From: Burkholderiales bacterium
GTDB lineage: Bacteria > Pseudomonadota > Gammaproteobacteria > Burkholderiales > SG8-39
Assembly: GCA_035624675.1 (NCBI GenBank)
Contig: DASPRB010000105.1
Coordinates: 24,248 to 88,247 of the forward strand
Length of the DNA: 64,000 bases
Reading direction: 5' to 3'
A program made the position numbers and the translations under genes. Below are positions 40,895 through 52,000 of the stretch, piece by piece (positions within the stretch are counted from its first letter, which is position 1; the number at the start of each line of letters is the position of its first letter). Under the pieces are notes generated by a model. The model did not search any database. It saw only the letters and a list, made by a program, of their open reading frames with translations, and had not been told where the DNA came from.

Positions 40895-41707
40895 ATGACT
40901 GCGCGCTACGCCGTGATCGGCAACCCGGTCGCGCACTCGAAATCGCCATGGATCCACGCATGCTTTGCGCGCGATACGGGCCAGGACATGACCTACGTGG
41001 CGATCGAGGCGCCCCTGGACGGTTTCGTGCCTACGCTGGACGCGTTCCGGGCCGCGGGCGGGTGCGGGGCGAACGTAACGCTGCCGTTCAAGGAGCAGGC
41101 GTTCGCTTATTGCGCCTCGACGAGCGAGCGGGCGCGCGCGGCGCGTAGCGTCAATACGCTGGTGCTCGATCGCGGCGCGGCCTGGGGCGACAACACGGAT
41201 GGAATCGGACTGGTGCGCGACCTCGAGATGAACATCGGCGTGGCGCTGCGCGGCAAGAAGCTGCTGGTGCTCGGCGCGGGTGGCGCGGCGCAGGGCGTGC
41301 TGCAACCGCTGCTGGCGGCCGGTGCGCGGGAGCTGGTGGTCGCCAACCGCACTGTCGAGCGCGCGCGCACGCTGGCTGCGCGCTTTCCAGGGGTCGAGGG
41401 CAGCGGGTACGCCGAGCTCGCTGCACGCGCGTTCGACCTGGTGATCAACGCGACATCGGCCGGGCTGCGCGGCGAGTTGCCGCCGCTGCCGCCGGCGGGC
41501 GAGGCGGGGCCGTTCGCGCCGGGCGCACTCGCCTACGACATGGTGTACGGTCGCGATACGCCGTTCCTAGACTATGCGCGTCGCGCAGGGGCGCGCGCGA
41601 GCGACGGCACCGGCATGCTGGTCGAGCAGGCCGCAGAATCCTTTTTCATCTGGCGAGGCGTGCGCCCCGACACACGCGCCGTGCTCGCCGCCCTGCGCGC
41701 GCGCTGA
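40895..41707 (+). CDS. aroE: shikimate dehydrogenase
   Basis: 270 aa with YAVIGNPVAHSKSPWIH, NVTLPFKEQA and GAGGAAQGV. Confidence 0.94.
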   Translation: MTARYAVIGNPVAHSKSPWIHACFARDTGQDMTYVAIEAPLDGFVPTLDAFRAAGGCGANVTLPFKEQAFAYCASTSERARAARSVNTLVLDRGAAWGDNTDGIGLVRDLEMNIGVALRGKKLLVLGAGGAAQGVLQPLLAAGARELVVANRTVERARTLAARFPGVEGSGYAELAARAFDLVINATSAGLRGELPPLPPAGEAGPFAPGALAYDMVYGRDTPFLDYARRAGARASDGTGMLVEQAAESFFIWRGVRPDTRAVLAALRAR

Positions 41708-41719
41708 GCGGCAGCTCTG

Positions 41720-42418
41720 GTGCGCCGTATCGCCCTCAAGTTGCTTGGCTTCGCCGCCGGACTGGCGGCATTCATATTCCTGGCGCTGCAGGCGTGGTTC
41801 TACGCTCAGGTGCTATGGCTCAGGAACCACGACCCGGCGCAAAGCGCGTTCATGCAGGAGCAGCTCGCGGAGCTGCGCGCGCAAGATCCGAAGGCGCGCC
41901 TGCAGCATCGCTGGGTACCCTATGCGCAAATTTCCGCCAACCTGAAGCGCGCGGTCGTCGCCGCAGAGGACGCGAAGTTCCTTGATCACCAGGGCTTCGA
42001 TTGGGAGGCGATCCAGAAAGCGATCGAGAAGAACGAGCGCGAGGGCAAGGTGGTCTCGGGGGCGTCGACCATCAGCCAGCAGCTCGCCAAGAACCTGTTT
42101 CTCTCCGGCGAGCGGACTTGGGCGCGCAAGGGCGAGGAGGCGCTGATCACGTGGATGCTCGAGAAGACTTTGTCCAAGCGCCGCATCCTCGAGCTGTATC
42201 TGAATTTCGCCCAGTGGGGGGAACGCATCTTCGGCGCCGAAGCCGCGGCGCGGCACCACTTCGGCGTGTCGCCCGCTGCGCTGACGCCGGAGCAGTCGGC
42301 CTGGCTGGCGGCCATCCTGCCCAGCCCGACGCGCTACGATCGCGGCTATACGACGCGCTATCTCGCCGGTCGCGTGCATACCATCCTTGCACGCATGCCG
42401 GCAGCCCAGATTCCCTGA
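41720..42418 (+). CDS. mtgA: monofunctional biosynthetic peptidoglycan transglycosylase
   Basis: 232 aa with a GTG start, a TM anchor and GT51 motifs (EDAKFLDHQGFDWEAI, GASTISQQLAKN). Confidence 0.93.
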   Translation: MRRIALKLLGFAAGLAAFIFLALQAWFYAQVLWLRNHDPAQSAFMQEQLAELRAQDPKARLQHRWVPYAQISANLKRAVVAAEDAKFLDHQGFDWEAIQKAIEKNEREGKVVSGASTISQQLAKNLFLSGERTWARKGEEALITWMLEKTLSKRRILELYLNFAQWGERIFGAEAAARHHFGVSPAALTPEQSAWLAAILPSPTRYDRGYTTRYLAGRVHTILARMPAAQIP

Positions 42419-42471
42419 ACCGCGCGGCGCCGGCTCTTCAAGGCGCCGTCCGCGAGGTCGGGCGGCGGGCT

Positions 42472-43755
42472 TCAGGCGAGCGCGGCAAATGCAGCCCGTG
42501 CCGCAGCGAGCGTCGCTTCGATCTCGGTAGCGCCGTGCGCCGCCGAGACGAATCCGGCCTCGTAAGCCGAAGGCGCGAGGTAAACGCCGCGCGCGAGCAT
42601 CTCGTGGAAGAATCGATTGAATCCTTCGCGGTCGCACTCCATCACTTCGGCAAAGCTGGTTGGCGGCCGCGCGCGGAAGTAGATTCCGAACATGCTGCCG
42701 ATTGACTGCGCGGAGAACGCCACGCCCGCTCGCGCCGCCTCGCTCGCCAGGCCCTCTGTCAGGGCACGGGTACTTGCCTCGATCCGTTCCTGGAAGCCGG
42801 GCGCATCGACGAGCGCCAGCGTCGCCAAACCCGCTGCGACCGCGACCGGGTTGCCCGACAGCGTCCCCGCCTGGTAGACGGGGCCGAGAGGCGCGATGTG
42901 CTGCATGACGTCGCGCCGCCCGCCGAAAGCTCCGACGGGCAGGCCGCCGCCGATGACCTTGCCCAGAGTCGTGAGGTCTGGCCTGATCCCAAAACGCTGC
43001 TGCGCGCCGCCCGTGGCGACGCGAAAACCGGTCATCACCTCGTCGAACAGGAGCAGGGCTCCGTGACGCGTGCACTCGTCTCGCAGCGTTTCGAGAAATC
43101 CGCGTGCCGGCAGCACGAGATTCATGTTTCCGGCGACGGGCTCGACGATCACGCAGGCAATCTCCGCGCCGCGCGCGGCGAACAGCGCATGCACGGCGGC
43201 TAGGTCGTTGTAGGGCAGCACCACGGTGTGCGCGGCGGTGTCGGACGGCACGCCGGCGGAGCTCGGATTGCCGAAGGTGAGCGCTCCGGATCCCGCCTTC
43301 ACCAGCAGGCTATCGGCGTGCCCGTGATAGCACCCTTCGAATTTCACGATGGCGTTGCGCCCGGTGAAGCCGCGCGCCAGTCGAATCGCGCTCATGGTGG
43401 CTTCGGTGCCGGAGGACACGAGCCGGACCATCTCGACCGAAGGCACGAGGCGGCAGATCGCCTCCGCGAGATCCACCTCCGCCTCGGTGGGCGCGCCGAA
43501 CGACAGCGCACGCGCCGCAGCGGTCTGCACCGCGGTAACCACCGCGGGGTGGGTGTGCCCGGCCACCATCGGGCCCCAGGAGCCGACGTAATCGATGTAG
43601 CGGCGTCCCTCGGCGTCCCAGAGGTAGGCGCCGGCCGCGCGCTCGAAGAAGGGCGGCGTCCCGCCCACTGCCCGGAACGCGCGCACCGGCGAGTTGACCC
43701 CTGCGGGAATGCGCAACTGTGCGCGACTGAACAGTTCCTCGTTACGGCTCGTCAT
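42472..43755 (-). CDS. hemL: glutamate-1-semialdehyde 2,1-aminomutase
   Basis: 427 aa from the internal ATG at 43755 ([27 protein letters not shown]). The class-III aminotransferase core is present. Confidence 0.95.
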   Translation of the reverse strand: MTSRNEELFSRAQLRIPAGVNSPVRAFRAVGGTPPFFERAAGAYLWDAEGRRYIDYVGSWGPMVAGHTHPAVVTAVQTAAARALSFGAPTEAEVDLAEAICRLVPSVEMVRLVSSGTEATMSAIRLARGFTGRNAIVKFEGCYHGHADSLLVKAGSGALTFGNPSSAGVPSDTAAHTVVLPYNDLAAVHALFAARGAEIACVIVEPVAGNMNLVLPARGFLETLRDECTRHGALLLFDEVMTGFRVATGGAQQRFGIRPDLTTLGKVIGGGLPVGAFGGRRDVMQHIAPLGPVYQAGTLSGNPVAVAAGLATLALVDAPGFQERIEASTRALTEGLASEAARAGVAFSAQSIGSMFGIYFRARPPTSFAEVMECDREGFNRFFHEMLARGVYLAPSAYEAGFVSAAHGATEIEATLAAARAAFAALA

Positions 43756-44393
43756 GCTGAAAGGCTCGCTTTGGCGGCAAAAAGGCTGGCATAGGCGCGC
43801 GCTCGCTGCGCGATGTCGGGCGCATCGAATAGATCCGAGATCACGGCCAGGCAATCGGCCCCGGCGCGCAACACTTCCGGCGCGCGCTCCAACGTGATCC
43901 CGCCGATCGCGACCACAGGAGCGCCCAGCGCGCGCGCCGCAGCGAACAGTTCGAGCGGTGCGCGCACGGCCCCCGGCTTAATCGTCGAAGGATAGACGCT
44001 GCCGAACGCCACGTAATCGGCGCCCGCGGCGAGCGCCGCTCGCGCGAGATCGAGCCGGTCGTAGCACGAGGCGCCCAGGAGACGGTCGCCAAGCCGGGCG
44101 CGGGCGCCGACGAGTGCGCCGTCATCGCGTCCGAGATGTGCGCCATCGGCGCCGACCGCCAGCGCGAGTTCCACGTCATCGTTCACGATGAATGGCACAG
44201 CGTGTGCACGACATAGCGCGCGCAGCGCCTTCGCCTCGGCCGTCCGCTGCGCAGCCCCCGCGGTCTTGTTGCGGTATTGCAGCGCCGCCCACCCCCCGAG
44301 ATGCACATATTCGAGGGCTGCGCGAACTTTGGCGACCAGAATTTCGCCGTCTGCGCAGTCGGGCGTAATGGCGTAAAGGCCCGAAAGCTTCAT
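43752..44393 (-). CDS. thiE: thiamine-phosphate synthase
   Basis: 213 aa. It has a 4-nt overlap with hemL. Motifs include [15 protein letters not shown] and ADGAHLG. Confidence 0.9.
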   Translation of the reverse strand: MKLSGLYAITPDCADGEILVAKVRAALEYVHLGGWAALQYRNKTAGAAQRTAEAKALRALCRAHAVPFIVNDDVELALAVGADGAHLGRDDGALVGARARLGDRLLGASCYDRLDLARAALAAGADYVAFGSVYPSTIKPGAVRAPLELFAAARALGAPVVAIGGITLERAPEVLRAGADCLAVISDLFDAPDIAQRARAYASLFAAKASLSA

Positions 44394-45229
44394 GGCGATT
44401 CGTCGTTCGACTCGTGCTTCACGTCGCGCGCCCAGAAGAACCGGTCAGGGAGGAACTGGCCCATCCCCGGGCGAAATCCTCTCGCCAGCGCTTGCCAGGT
44501 GTATTCCTGGGCCTCGCGCACGGCATCGGTCACGGCGAGCCGATTCGCAAGCGCCGCGGCGATCGCCGAGGCGAGCGTACAGCCCGAGCCGTGGTAGCTA
44601 TCCGGCAAACGCTGCCAGCGGTCGCAGCGCACGACCCCCTCCTGCCCGTAGAGCGTATTGACCACGTCGGCGCCCGCTTCATGCGTACCTGTAACGAGCA
44701 AATACTCGCAGCCCGAGGCGAGTAGACGCCGCGCGCATGCGTCCAGACCGGCCGCGTCGCCGCCGAGGTCGTCGCCGTCCCCCGCGAGCCGCCGTAGCTC
44801 CAGGCTGTTGGGCGTGACGATGGTCGACACCGGCAGCAACAGTTCGCGCAGCGCGTCCAACATATCGTCGTTTGCAAGAGGGTCGCCTCGTCCCGAGGCG
44901 AGAACCGGATCGAGGACTAGGGGCACGTCCGGGTAGTCGGATACGACCTCTGCGACCGCCACGATGTTCTCCCGGGAGCCGAGTACGCCCAGCTTGAATG
45001 CGTCGACCGGCATATCCTCGAGCAGGAGCCGCGCCTGGTCGGCTACCCATTCGGCTTCGACGGGGATCAGCGCCTCGACGCCGCGCGTGTCCTGAATCGT
45101 CAGCGCCGTGACGACTGACAGCGGATGGCAGCCCAGGCTCGCCAGGGTAAGCAGGTCGGCTTGCAGCCCCGCCCCACCAGTGGGGTCGGACGCCGCGAAA
45201 GTGAGCACGATGGGGGGCAGGGAAGGCAC
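44390..45229 (-). CDS. thiD: hydroxymethylpyrimidine/phosphomethylpyrimidine kinase
   Basis: 279 aa. The N-terminus is VLTFAASDPTGGAGLQADL and GSGCTLASAIAA follows later. It has a 4-nt overlap with thiE. Confidence 0.93.
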   Translation of the reverse strand: MPSLPPIVLTFAASDPTGGAGLQADLLTLASLGCHPLSVVTALTIQDTRGVEALIPVEAEWVADQARLLLEDMPVDAFKLGVLGSRENIVAVAEVVSDYPDVPLVLDPVLASGRGDPLANDDMLDALRELLLPVSTIVTPNSLELRRLAGDGDDLGGDAAGLDACARRLLASGCEYLLVTGTHEAGADVVNTLYGQEGVVRCDRWQRLPDSYHGSGCTLASAIAAALANRLAVTDAVREAQEYTWQALARGFRPGMGQFLPDRFFWARDVKHESNDESP

Positions 45230-45309
45230 GCGGGAGCTCGCCCCAGGAATCGGGTGCGGCGGAATACGCTAAGATGCCGGGCCATTTTAACGCACCTCGC
45301 AGTGCCCGC

Positions 45310-45495
45310 ATGGCCGATACCGAGCAGAACTTTCGTAGCTGGATGTGTTTGATCTGTGGCTTCGTCTACGACGAGGCCGCGGGCCTTCCCGAGGAGGGCC
45401 TGCCTCCCGGGACGCGTTGGGAAGACGTGCCGATAAACTGGACCTGCCCGGAGTGCGGAGCGCGCAAGGAAGACTTCGAGATGGTCCAAATTTGA
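45310..45495 (+). CDS. rubredoxin
   Basis: 61 aa from the internal ATG at 45310. Two CxxC pairs are present (WMCLICGFVYDE, WTCPECGARKEDF). Confidence 0.93.
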   Translation: MADTEQNFRSWMCLICGFVYDEAAGLPEEGLPPGTRWEDVPINWTCPECGARKEDFEMVQI

Positions 45496-45563
45496 GACCC
45501 GCACTAATTCACGGGCCAAGCGAGGCTAGTTCAACTACACTCTGAAGTTCGGGTGGGGAGGAC

Positions 45564-45983
45564 ATGGCGGGCACGGGGGCACTGGCTGGCGTCAAGGTAA
45601 TGGTGATCGACGACTCGAACACCATTCGGCGCAGCGCCGAGATCTTCCTGCTGCAGGCGGGCTGTAACGTGATTCTGGCGGAGGACGGCTTCGACGCGCT
45701 CGCCAAGATCGCCGACCACCAGCCCGATATCGTGTTCGTCGACATCATGATGCCGCGGCTGGACGGCTACCAGACCTGCGCGCTGATCAAGAAGAACCCG
45801 AAATTCGCCGCAACGCCGGTGATCATGCTGTCGTCCAAGGACGGGCTGTTCGACCGCGCGCGCGGGCGCATCGTGGGGTCGAACGAGTACCTCACCAAGC
45901 CCTTCACTCGGGACAGCCTCATAAGCACGGTGAGCGCGCATGCGCCCGCGCGCGCCAAAGCGGCCGCCGCGGGAGGCGCCTGA
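45564..45983 (+). CDS. pilG: twitching-motility CheY-like response regulator PilG
   Basis: 139 aa. It is near-collinear with P. aeruginosa PilG as I recall it (KVMVIDDSNTIRR...FVDIMMPRLDGYQTCALIKKN...PVIMLSSKDGLFD...YLTKPF). Confidence 0.9.
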   Translation: MAGTGALAGVKVMVIDDSNTIRRSAEIFLLQAGCNVILAEDGFDALAKIADHQPDIVFVDIMMPRLDGYQTCALIKKNPKFAATPVIMLSSKDGLFDRARGRIVGSNEYLTKPFTRDSLISTVSAHAPARAKAAAAGGA

Positions 45984-46002
45984 CAGGACGGAGGACATTC
46001 CC

Positions 46003-46368
46003 ATGCCGATCAAGAAGATCCTGGTGGTGGACGATTCGCCGACGGACCGACAATTCCTGCTCGAAAGCCTGTCGAAACTCGGCTTCCAGGTCGTGCTCGC
46101 CGAGAGCGGCGAGCAGGGTGTTGCGAAAGCGAAGTCGGAGAGGCCCGATCTGGTGCTGATGGACGTCGTCATGCCCGGGACCAACGGCTTCCAGGCCACG
46201 AGGCAGATCGCGCGCGACGAGGCGACCAAAAACATTCCAGTGATCATGTGTACCTCCAAGTCGCAGGAGACCGACCGCATCTGGGGGATGCGGCAGGGCG
46301 CGAAGGACTACGTGGTCAAGCCGATCAACATGGCAGAGCTCGCGGCGAAGATCGCGGCCCTGGGCTGA
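46003..46368 (+). CDS. pilH: CheY-like response regulator PilH
   Basis: 121 aa from the internal ATG at 46003, with ILVVDDSPTDRQ and LMDVVMPGTNGFQATRQI. Confidence 0.88.
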   Translation: MPIKKILVVDDSPTDRQFLLESLSKLGFQVVLAESGEQGVAKAKSERPDLVLMDVVMPGTNGFQATRQIARDEATKNIPVIMCTSKSQETDRIWGMRQGAKDYVVKPINMAELAAKIAALG

Positions 46369-46371
46369 AGC

Positions 46372-46890
46372 ATGGCAAGACGCGTCAGCCTCAGGGAATT
46401 CCAGGAAAGCCTGGCCAGCCGCCTGAAGGCCGCGGCGGGCGAGCCGGCCTCCAGCGCGCGCCTGTCATTCGAGGCCGAGGGAACGCTGTGGCTGCTACGC
46501 CTGGAGAGCTCGGGGGAGTTGCTGCCCGTGCCGCAGATCGATCGCGTGCCGCTTACGCGGACATGGTTCCTCGGCGTGGCGAACGTGCGCGGGATGCTGT
46601 TCGGCGTCACCGACTTCTCCGCGTTCATTACGGGCGCACCCACGCGGCGCGGAAGCGACAACCGGCTGCTGCTTGTGGGTCAACCGCACGGGATCAACGC
46701 AGCCCTGCTGGTGACCCGCCTGACGGGCCTGCACAACCTGGCCGAGTTCGACCCGCTCGAAGGCCGGAACGGGCCGGGCGAACAATGGGTCGAGCGCGCC
46801 TGGCGCGATCACGACGGGCGCGCGTGGCGCGAGCTGGATACCGCGAAACTGCTCGCGCACCGCGACTTCCTCGACGTTGCGGCACCCTGA
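46372..46890 (+). CDS. pilI: CheW-like coupling protein PilI
   Basis: 172 aa. The CheW fold pattern is WFLGVANVRGMLFGVTDF. Its position between pilH and pilJ supports the call. Confidence 0.82.
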   Translation: MARRVSLREFQESLASRLKAAAGEPASSARLSFEAEGTLWLLRLESSGELLPVPQIDRVPLTRTWFLGVANVRGMLFGVTDFSAFITGAPTRRGSDNRLLLVGQPHGINAALLVTRLTGLHNLAEFDPLEGRNGPGEQWVERAWRDHDGRAWRELDTAKLLAHRDFLDVAAP

Positions 46891-46908
46891 TAGATCGTAG
46901 GAGGGACC

Positions 46909-49023
46909 ATGGAATTGAAGATGCCCATCCGTTTCGGCCAGCAGCAGGCTGCGGACTTCGGCGAGAAGTCGCCGCCACTTGCAAAGCGGCTCGCCGAGGT
47001 TGCGGGCGGCACGCAGCGAAGGCCGCTCGCCATGCTGCTGCCGGCGTTCGTCGTGCTCCTGATCATCACGGCAGTGCTGGTGTGGAACAACTACCAGTTC
47101 TCCAAGCACGGGGCTCAGTACATCGCCGATGCGGGGCAATTGCGCATGCTCTCGCAGCGCCTGGCCAAGGCGGCGCTGCAGGGGCTGCTGGGCAACCCGT
47201 CGGCGTTTAGGCAGGCGCAAAACAGCCGTGACACCTTCGCGACTATTCTCGACCGGCTGCAGCGCGGCGGAACGGTGGGCGACGAGCAGCTTCCGCCGAG
47301 CCCTGCGAGCGCGCAGCCCGCGCTTCAGGCCTTGGTGAAGGAATGGCAGCGAACCGAGCGCAATACGGGCACACTGCTCAGGGAACAGCAAATCCTGGTC
47401 GGCCTGGGCAACGCCGTAGGCCAACTGAACGGCGCAAACCCGCGGCTGCTTGATCTTGCCGAGCAGGTGCAGACGCTCAAGCTCGAGACCTCGGCGCCGG
47501 CGCGCGACATCTCCGCGGCTGCGGAGCTAGTGATGCTCACGCAGCGCCTGGCGAAGAACGCCAACGCGCTGCTCGTGGGCGAATCGGTCGACCCCGAGGT
47601 GGCATTCCTGCTCGGCAAGGACACCAACCAATTCCGCTCCACCCTGCTCGCGCTGCAGAAGGGCAGCACGGCACTGCGCATTGCCGCGACCCGCGACCCG
47701 GCCACGTCTGCGAAACTCGAGGAGCTCGCCCTGGCGTTCAAGAGCTACCAGGAGGCCGTCGCCTCGATCCTGGGCAACATGCAGCGCCTGATCTCCGCCA
47801 AGCGCGCGGCGTTCGCGGTGTTCAACGATTCCGAGCCGCTGCTCGGGGCCACGGAGCGACTCGCGACCGCGTACGAGACGGGCCTGGCGCAGGACAAGAC
47901 CGTCTACGCGATCGTTCTTCTGGCGGTGCTGATGGCGGCGGTGCTCGCCGCGATCGCCTATGTGTTCGTGCAGCAGGAGCGCGCCCGTCGCGAGCAGGCG
48001 GAAGTGCACGAGCAGTCGCTCAAGCGCCTGAACGACCAGAACCAGGAGGCGATCTTGCGTCTCATGAACGAGATGCAGAGCTTCGCCGAGGGCGATCTTA
48101 CCGTGCGGGCCACGGTAACCGAGGACATCACGGGAGCGATCGCGGATTCGGTCAACTTCGCCATCGAGGAACTCAAGACGCTGGTCGGGCGCATCAATAC
48201 CGCGGCCGAACAGGTGACCTCGGCGACCCAGTCTGCGCAGCAAACCTCGACCCAGCTGCTCGCCGCCGCGGAGCGGCAGTCGAACGAGATCCGCACCACG
48301 GGTACCCAGGTGCTGGGCATGGCGCGCGCGATTAACCAGGTGTCGGCGAGCGCGAACGAATCGGCTGAGGTTGCGCGCGCCTCGCTCGCCGCCGCGCAGA
48401 AGGGCCAGGCGGCTGTGCACAACGCGATAGCGGGCATGAACGAGATCCGCGAGCACATCCAGGAGACCGCCAAGCGCATCAAGCGTCTGGGCGAGTCCTC
48501 GCAGGAGATCGGAGAGATCGTCGAGCTCATTTCGGACATCACCGAGCAGACCAACGTGCTCGCGCTGAACGCGGCGATTCAGGCCGCTTCGGCGGGCGAG
48601 GCCGGGCGCGGATTTACGGTGGTTGCCGAGGAAGTGCAGCGCCTCGCCGAACGCTCGGGGGAGGCGACCAAGCAGATCGGCGCGATCGTGCGCACGATTC
48701 AGACCGACACCCAGGATGCCGTGAGCGCGATGGAGAAGAGCACGCAGGGCGTGGTCGAGGGCGCCAAGCTGTCGGACGCCGCCGGCCAGGCGCTCGCGGA
48801 AATCGGCGAGGTCTCGCGGCGGCTGGCCACGCTGATCGAGAACATCTCGCGCACGACGCAGAGTCAGGCGAAGGCCGCCGGCTCGGTGGCGCTCAGCATG
48901 CGCAATATTCTCGGCATCACGGAACAGGCCACGGAGGGCACCAAGCGCACCGCCGCCTCCGTGACGCAGATCGCCGGACTCGCGCAAGACCTGCGCGGTT
49001 CCGTGGCGAATTTCAAGCTCTGA
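46909..49023 (+). CDS. pilJ: methyl-accepting chemotaxis protein PilJ
   Basis: 704 aa with a PilJ-type periplasmic region, a HAMP domain and a highly conserved MCP signalling hairpin ([48 protein letters not shown]). Confidence 0.9.
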   Translation: MELKMPIRFGQQQAADFGEKSPPLAKRLAEVAGGTQRRPLAMLLPAFVVLLIITAVLVWNNYQFSKHGAQYIADAGQLRMLSQRLAKAALQGLLGNPSAFRQAQNSRDTFATILDRLQRGGTVGDEQLPPSPASAQPALQALVKEWQRTERNTGTLLREQQILVGLGNAVGQLNGANPRLLDLAEQVQTLKLETSAPARDISAAAELVMLTQRLAKNANALLVGESVDPEVAFLLGKDTNQFRSTLLALQKGSTALRIAATRDPATSAKLEELALAFKSYQEAVASILGNMQRLISAKRAAFAVFNDSEPLLGATERLATAYETGLAQDKTVYAIVLLAVLMAAVLAAIAYVFVQQERARREQAEVHEQSLKRLNDQNQEAILRLMNEMQSFAEGDLTVRATVTEDITGAIADSVNFAIEELKTLVGRINTAAEQVTSATQSAQQTSTQLLAAAERQSNEIRTTGTQVLGMARAINQVSASANESAEVARASLAAAQKGQAAVHNAIAGMNEIREHIQETAKRIKRLGESSQEIGEIVELISDITEQTNVLALNAAIQAASAGEAGRGFTVVAEEVQRLAERSGEATKQIGAIVRTIQTDTQDAVSAMEKSTQGVVEGAKLSDAAGQALAEIGEVSRRLATLIENISRTTQSQAKAAGSVALSMRNILGITEQATEGTKRTAASVTQIAGLAQDLRGSVANFKL

Positions 49024-49051
49024 GGCGCCGGAAGCGCACGCCGGCGATGCG

Positions 49052-52000
49052 ATGAGCGCGGCGTTCGACATCGGTCCGCTCAGCTGGGTCAAGAGCGAGA
49101 TCGACTCCTCGCTCGAGCGGGCGCGCGCCGCGCTGCGGGCCTACGGCGGCAGAGCCGATGCGCGCGGCGAGCTGCGCAACTGCCGCGCACACCTGCATCA
49201 GGCCGCGGGCGCGGTGCAGATCGTCGGGCTGGAGGGCGTGTCGCGCTTCTTCGAGGAAACCGAGGCGGTCGCGGCCGACCTCGAGGCCGGCCGCATTGCG
49301 GACGAGCAGAGCGCGGTGCAAGAGCTCGAGCGAGCGCTCACGGCGATCGGCGCCTATCTGTCTGACCTCATGGAGGGCGCGCCGGATCAGCCGCTCAGGC
49401 TGTTTGCGACGCTCCAGGCGCTGTGCGAAGTCCGCGGCGCGCCGCGTCCCGCCGAGGCGGATCTTTTCTACCCGGACCTGTCGCTCGCGCCCCCTCCGCG
49501 CGAGAAACCGGCCGTTCGCCTGTCGCACGAGGAAACCGGCGCCTACCTGCGCAGTCAGAGCACGCGCTTTCAGCGCGCCTTGGTCAAGTGGCTGCGCCAG
49601 CCTGCGGACCGGGACGCGCTCGAAAACATGCTGGCTGCCGTCGACGCGGTGGAACAGACGCAAAGCATCCCGGCACAGCGCGCCTTTTGGTGGGCCTCGG
49701 GAGCGTTCATCGACGCGCTCGCCAAGGGCGATCTTGCGCCCGACCCGGGCGTGCGGCAGGTGGCTACCCACGTGGAGCAGCAGCTACGCCGGCTGGTAGA
49801 GGGCTCGCCGTCGGTAGCCGAGCGCGTGCTGCGCGAGGTGCTGTACTGGGTCGCCCGCGCCGGCGGGGTGGGTGGTGCCGGCGCGCGCGAAGCCGCCAGT
49901 CCTCGCGTGCTGACGGCGCGCCAGGCCTATCGGCTGGAGGGTTCGCTGCCACAGGAGGAAGCGGAGCCGGATATCTCGCAGCGCATGTCGCTGGCGCTCG
50001 CGTTGCGCGAGTCGCTGGCGAGCGCCAAGGACGCCTGGACCAAGTATGCGGCGGGCATCGACAGCGCGCTCCCAGCGTTCGTGCAACACGCGCGCGCGAT
50101 CGCGGAGCGCGGCAGCCGGCTCGGCAACGCCAACCTCGCTGCGCTGTCGATGGAGATTTCGCGCGTGGCCAGCCGTCTGGAAGGGACTTCGCGCGAGACG
50201 ATGACCGAGGCGGTGGCCATGGAAGTGGCCACGGCGCTGCTGCTGGCCGAGAGCGCCGCCGAGAATTACCGCAACCTGCCGAGCGATTTCGACCGCGAAG
50301 TGAGGGTGATGCTGGCGCGCCTGGCGGTGGCCGTATTCGACGCCAAGGCGACCGGAGTCCCGCGCACGGCCGGGCTGATCGACGAGATGACGCGGCGCGC
50401 GCAGGAAAGACTCGCCACCGTGAGCGCGCTCGCCGAGATGAAGGCCAACCTTCACAGAATCGAACAGACGCTCGACGCTTATTTCCGCGATCCGTCGCGC
50501 GCGCAGGAGCTCGGGGCGCTCGAGCCGCTGGTGCACCAGGTGAGCGGCGCGCTCGGGCTGCTCGGCGAAGAACAGGCGCGCGCGGCACTCGAGCGATGCG
50601 CGGCGCGCATCCGCGAGTTCGCGGCGGCAGAAATGCGCCCGCCGCTCGCCGAATTCGAGGAAGTCGCGCAGGTCCTGTCGGGACTCGGCTTCTACATCGA
50701 TGCCTTGCAGCACGGCAAGGCCGATTTCGCGGCCGCGATGCGCCCCGTGGGAGCCGCCGAAGCGGTCGCCGAAGGCGGCGAAGCCGCGGCGCGCAGCCTC
50801 GAATCCGAGCTGCGCAGCAAGGCGCGCAGCACGCTTGCTCTCTACCAGGCGTTGCGCGAGACGCCCCAGGACGAACGCCTCAGAAGCGAGCTGAAGGACA
50901 AGCTGGTCGAAATCCGCGACGACGCGGAGCTCGTGGCGGACGCGGAGCTGCGTGATCAGGCGAGCGAAGCGCTGTTGCAGCTGGAGTCCGCGTCCGTCGA
51001 CCGCAGCCAGCGCCTGGCGCTCTCGATAACCGAGCTGGCGCCACCGCCGCCTCCGCCGTCGGCCGAGGCGCAGCGGCTGAAAGACGCGAGCGACGAGGCG
51101 ATCGACCAGGAGCTGCTCGCCATTTTCCTGGAGGAGGCGGACGGCGTGCTCGCGGCAATCTCCGACAGTCTGCGTGAAAGCCGCGCCCAGCCCGCGTCGC
51201 TTCCGCAGCTTGTGACCATACGGCGTGGCTTCCATACCCTTAAAGGCAGCGGGCGCATGGTGGGCTTGGCGCGCCTCGGCGAGGTCGCGCTGGCGGTTGA
51301 GCAGGTGCTGAACCTCTGGCTGCAGGACGAGCGCAGCGCCACGGCCGAGTTGCACGCCATGATCGAGCTGGCCCATGGGGCGTTCGTCGACTGGATCGCA
51401 CGGCTGCGCGCAGGCGAGACGCAGCCCGACCCGAGTGGCGTGCTGGCGGCGGCCGAGCGCCTCAAGCGGGGCGAGCCGGGAGAGCCGGCGACGCCCCTCG
51501 CTGCGGTGCCGGCACGGGAAGAGGACGTCGTCATCGAGGGCAAGACGATTTCCGCGTCGCTGTTCGCGGTGTTCGGAAACGAAGCTCGCCAGCACCTCGA
51601 TGCGCTCGAGCGCGAACTCGCTTCCGCGGCGGCGACGCGCACGATCGGCGAGGAGCTGATACGCGCCGCCCACACGCTGGCCGGCATAAGCGGCACGGTG
51701 CAGCTGGAATCGATGCACGCGCTCGGCTATGCGCTCGAGGCCGCGCTCGCGCGCCTGCGTTCGCGCGCTACTGCGCCCGATACTGCGGAGCTGGCCGTGC
51801 TCGCGCGCGCCAACGCGTCGCTGCGCGAGATGTACGGCGAGGCGATCGCCCGCCACGCTCCCGCGGCGCGTGGCGATCTCGTGCAGGCGCTCGAGTCCAT
51901 CCTTGGCCGAACCGAGCAGGCACCGGCGGCTGCGCCTGCGCGGAGCGAGCAGCCTGCGCAAGAACGCCGCCAGCGGCGCATCGATGATGATATCGACGCA

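Noticed and set aside
45230-45309. Possible TPP riboswitch upstream of thiD-thiE
   Set aside because: The 80-nt spacer has no CUGAGA or ACCUGAUCUGGAUAAUGCCAGCG-like elements on the thiD strand, and it is too short.
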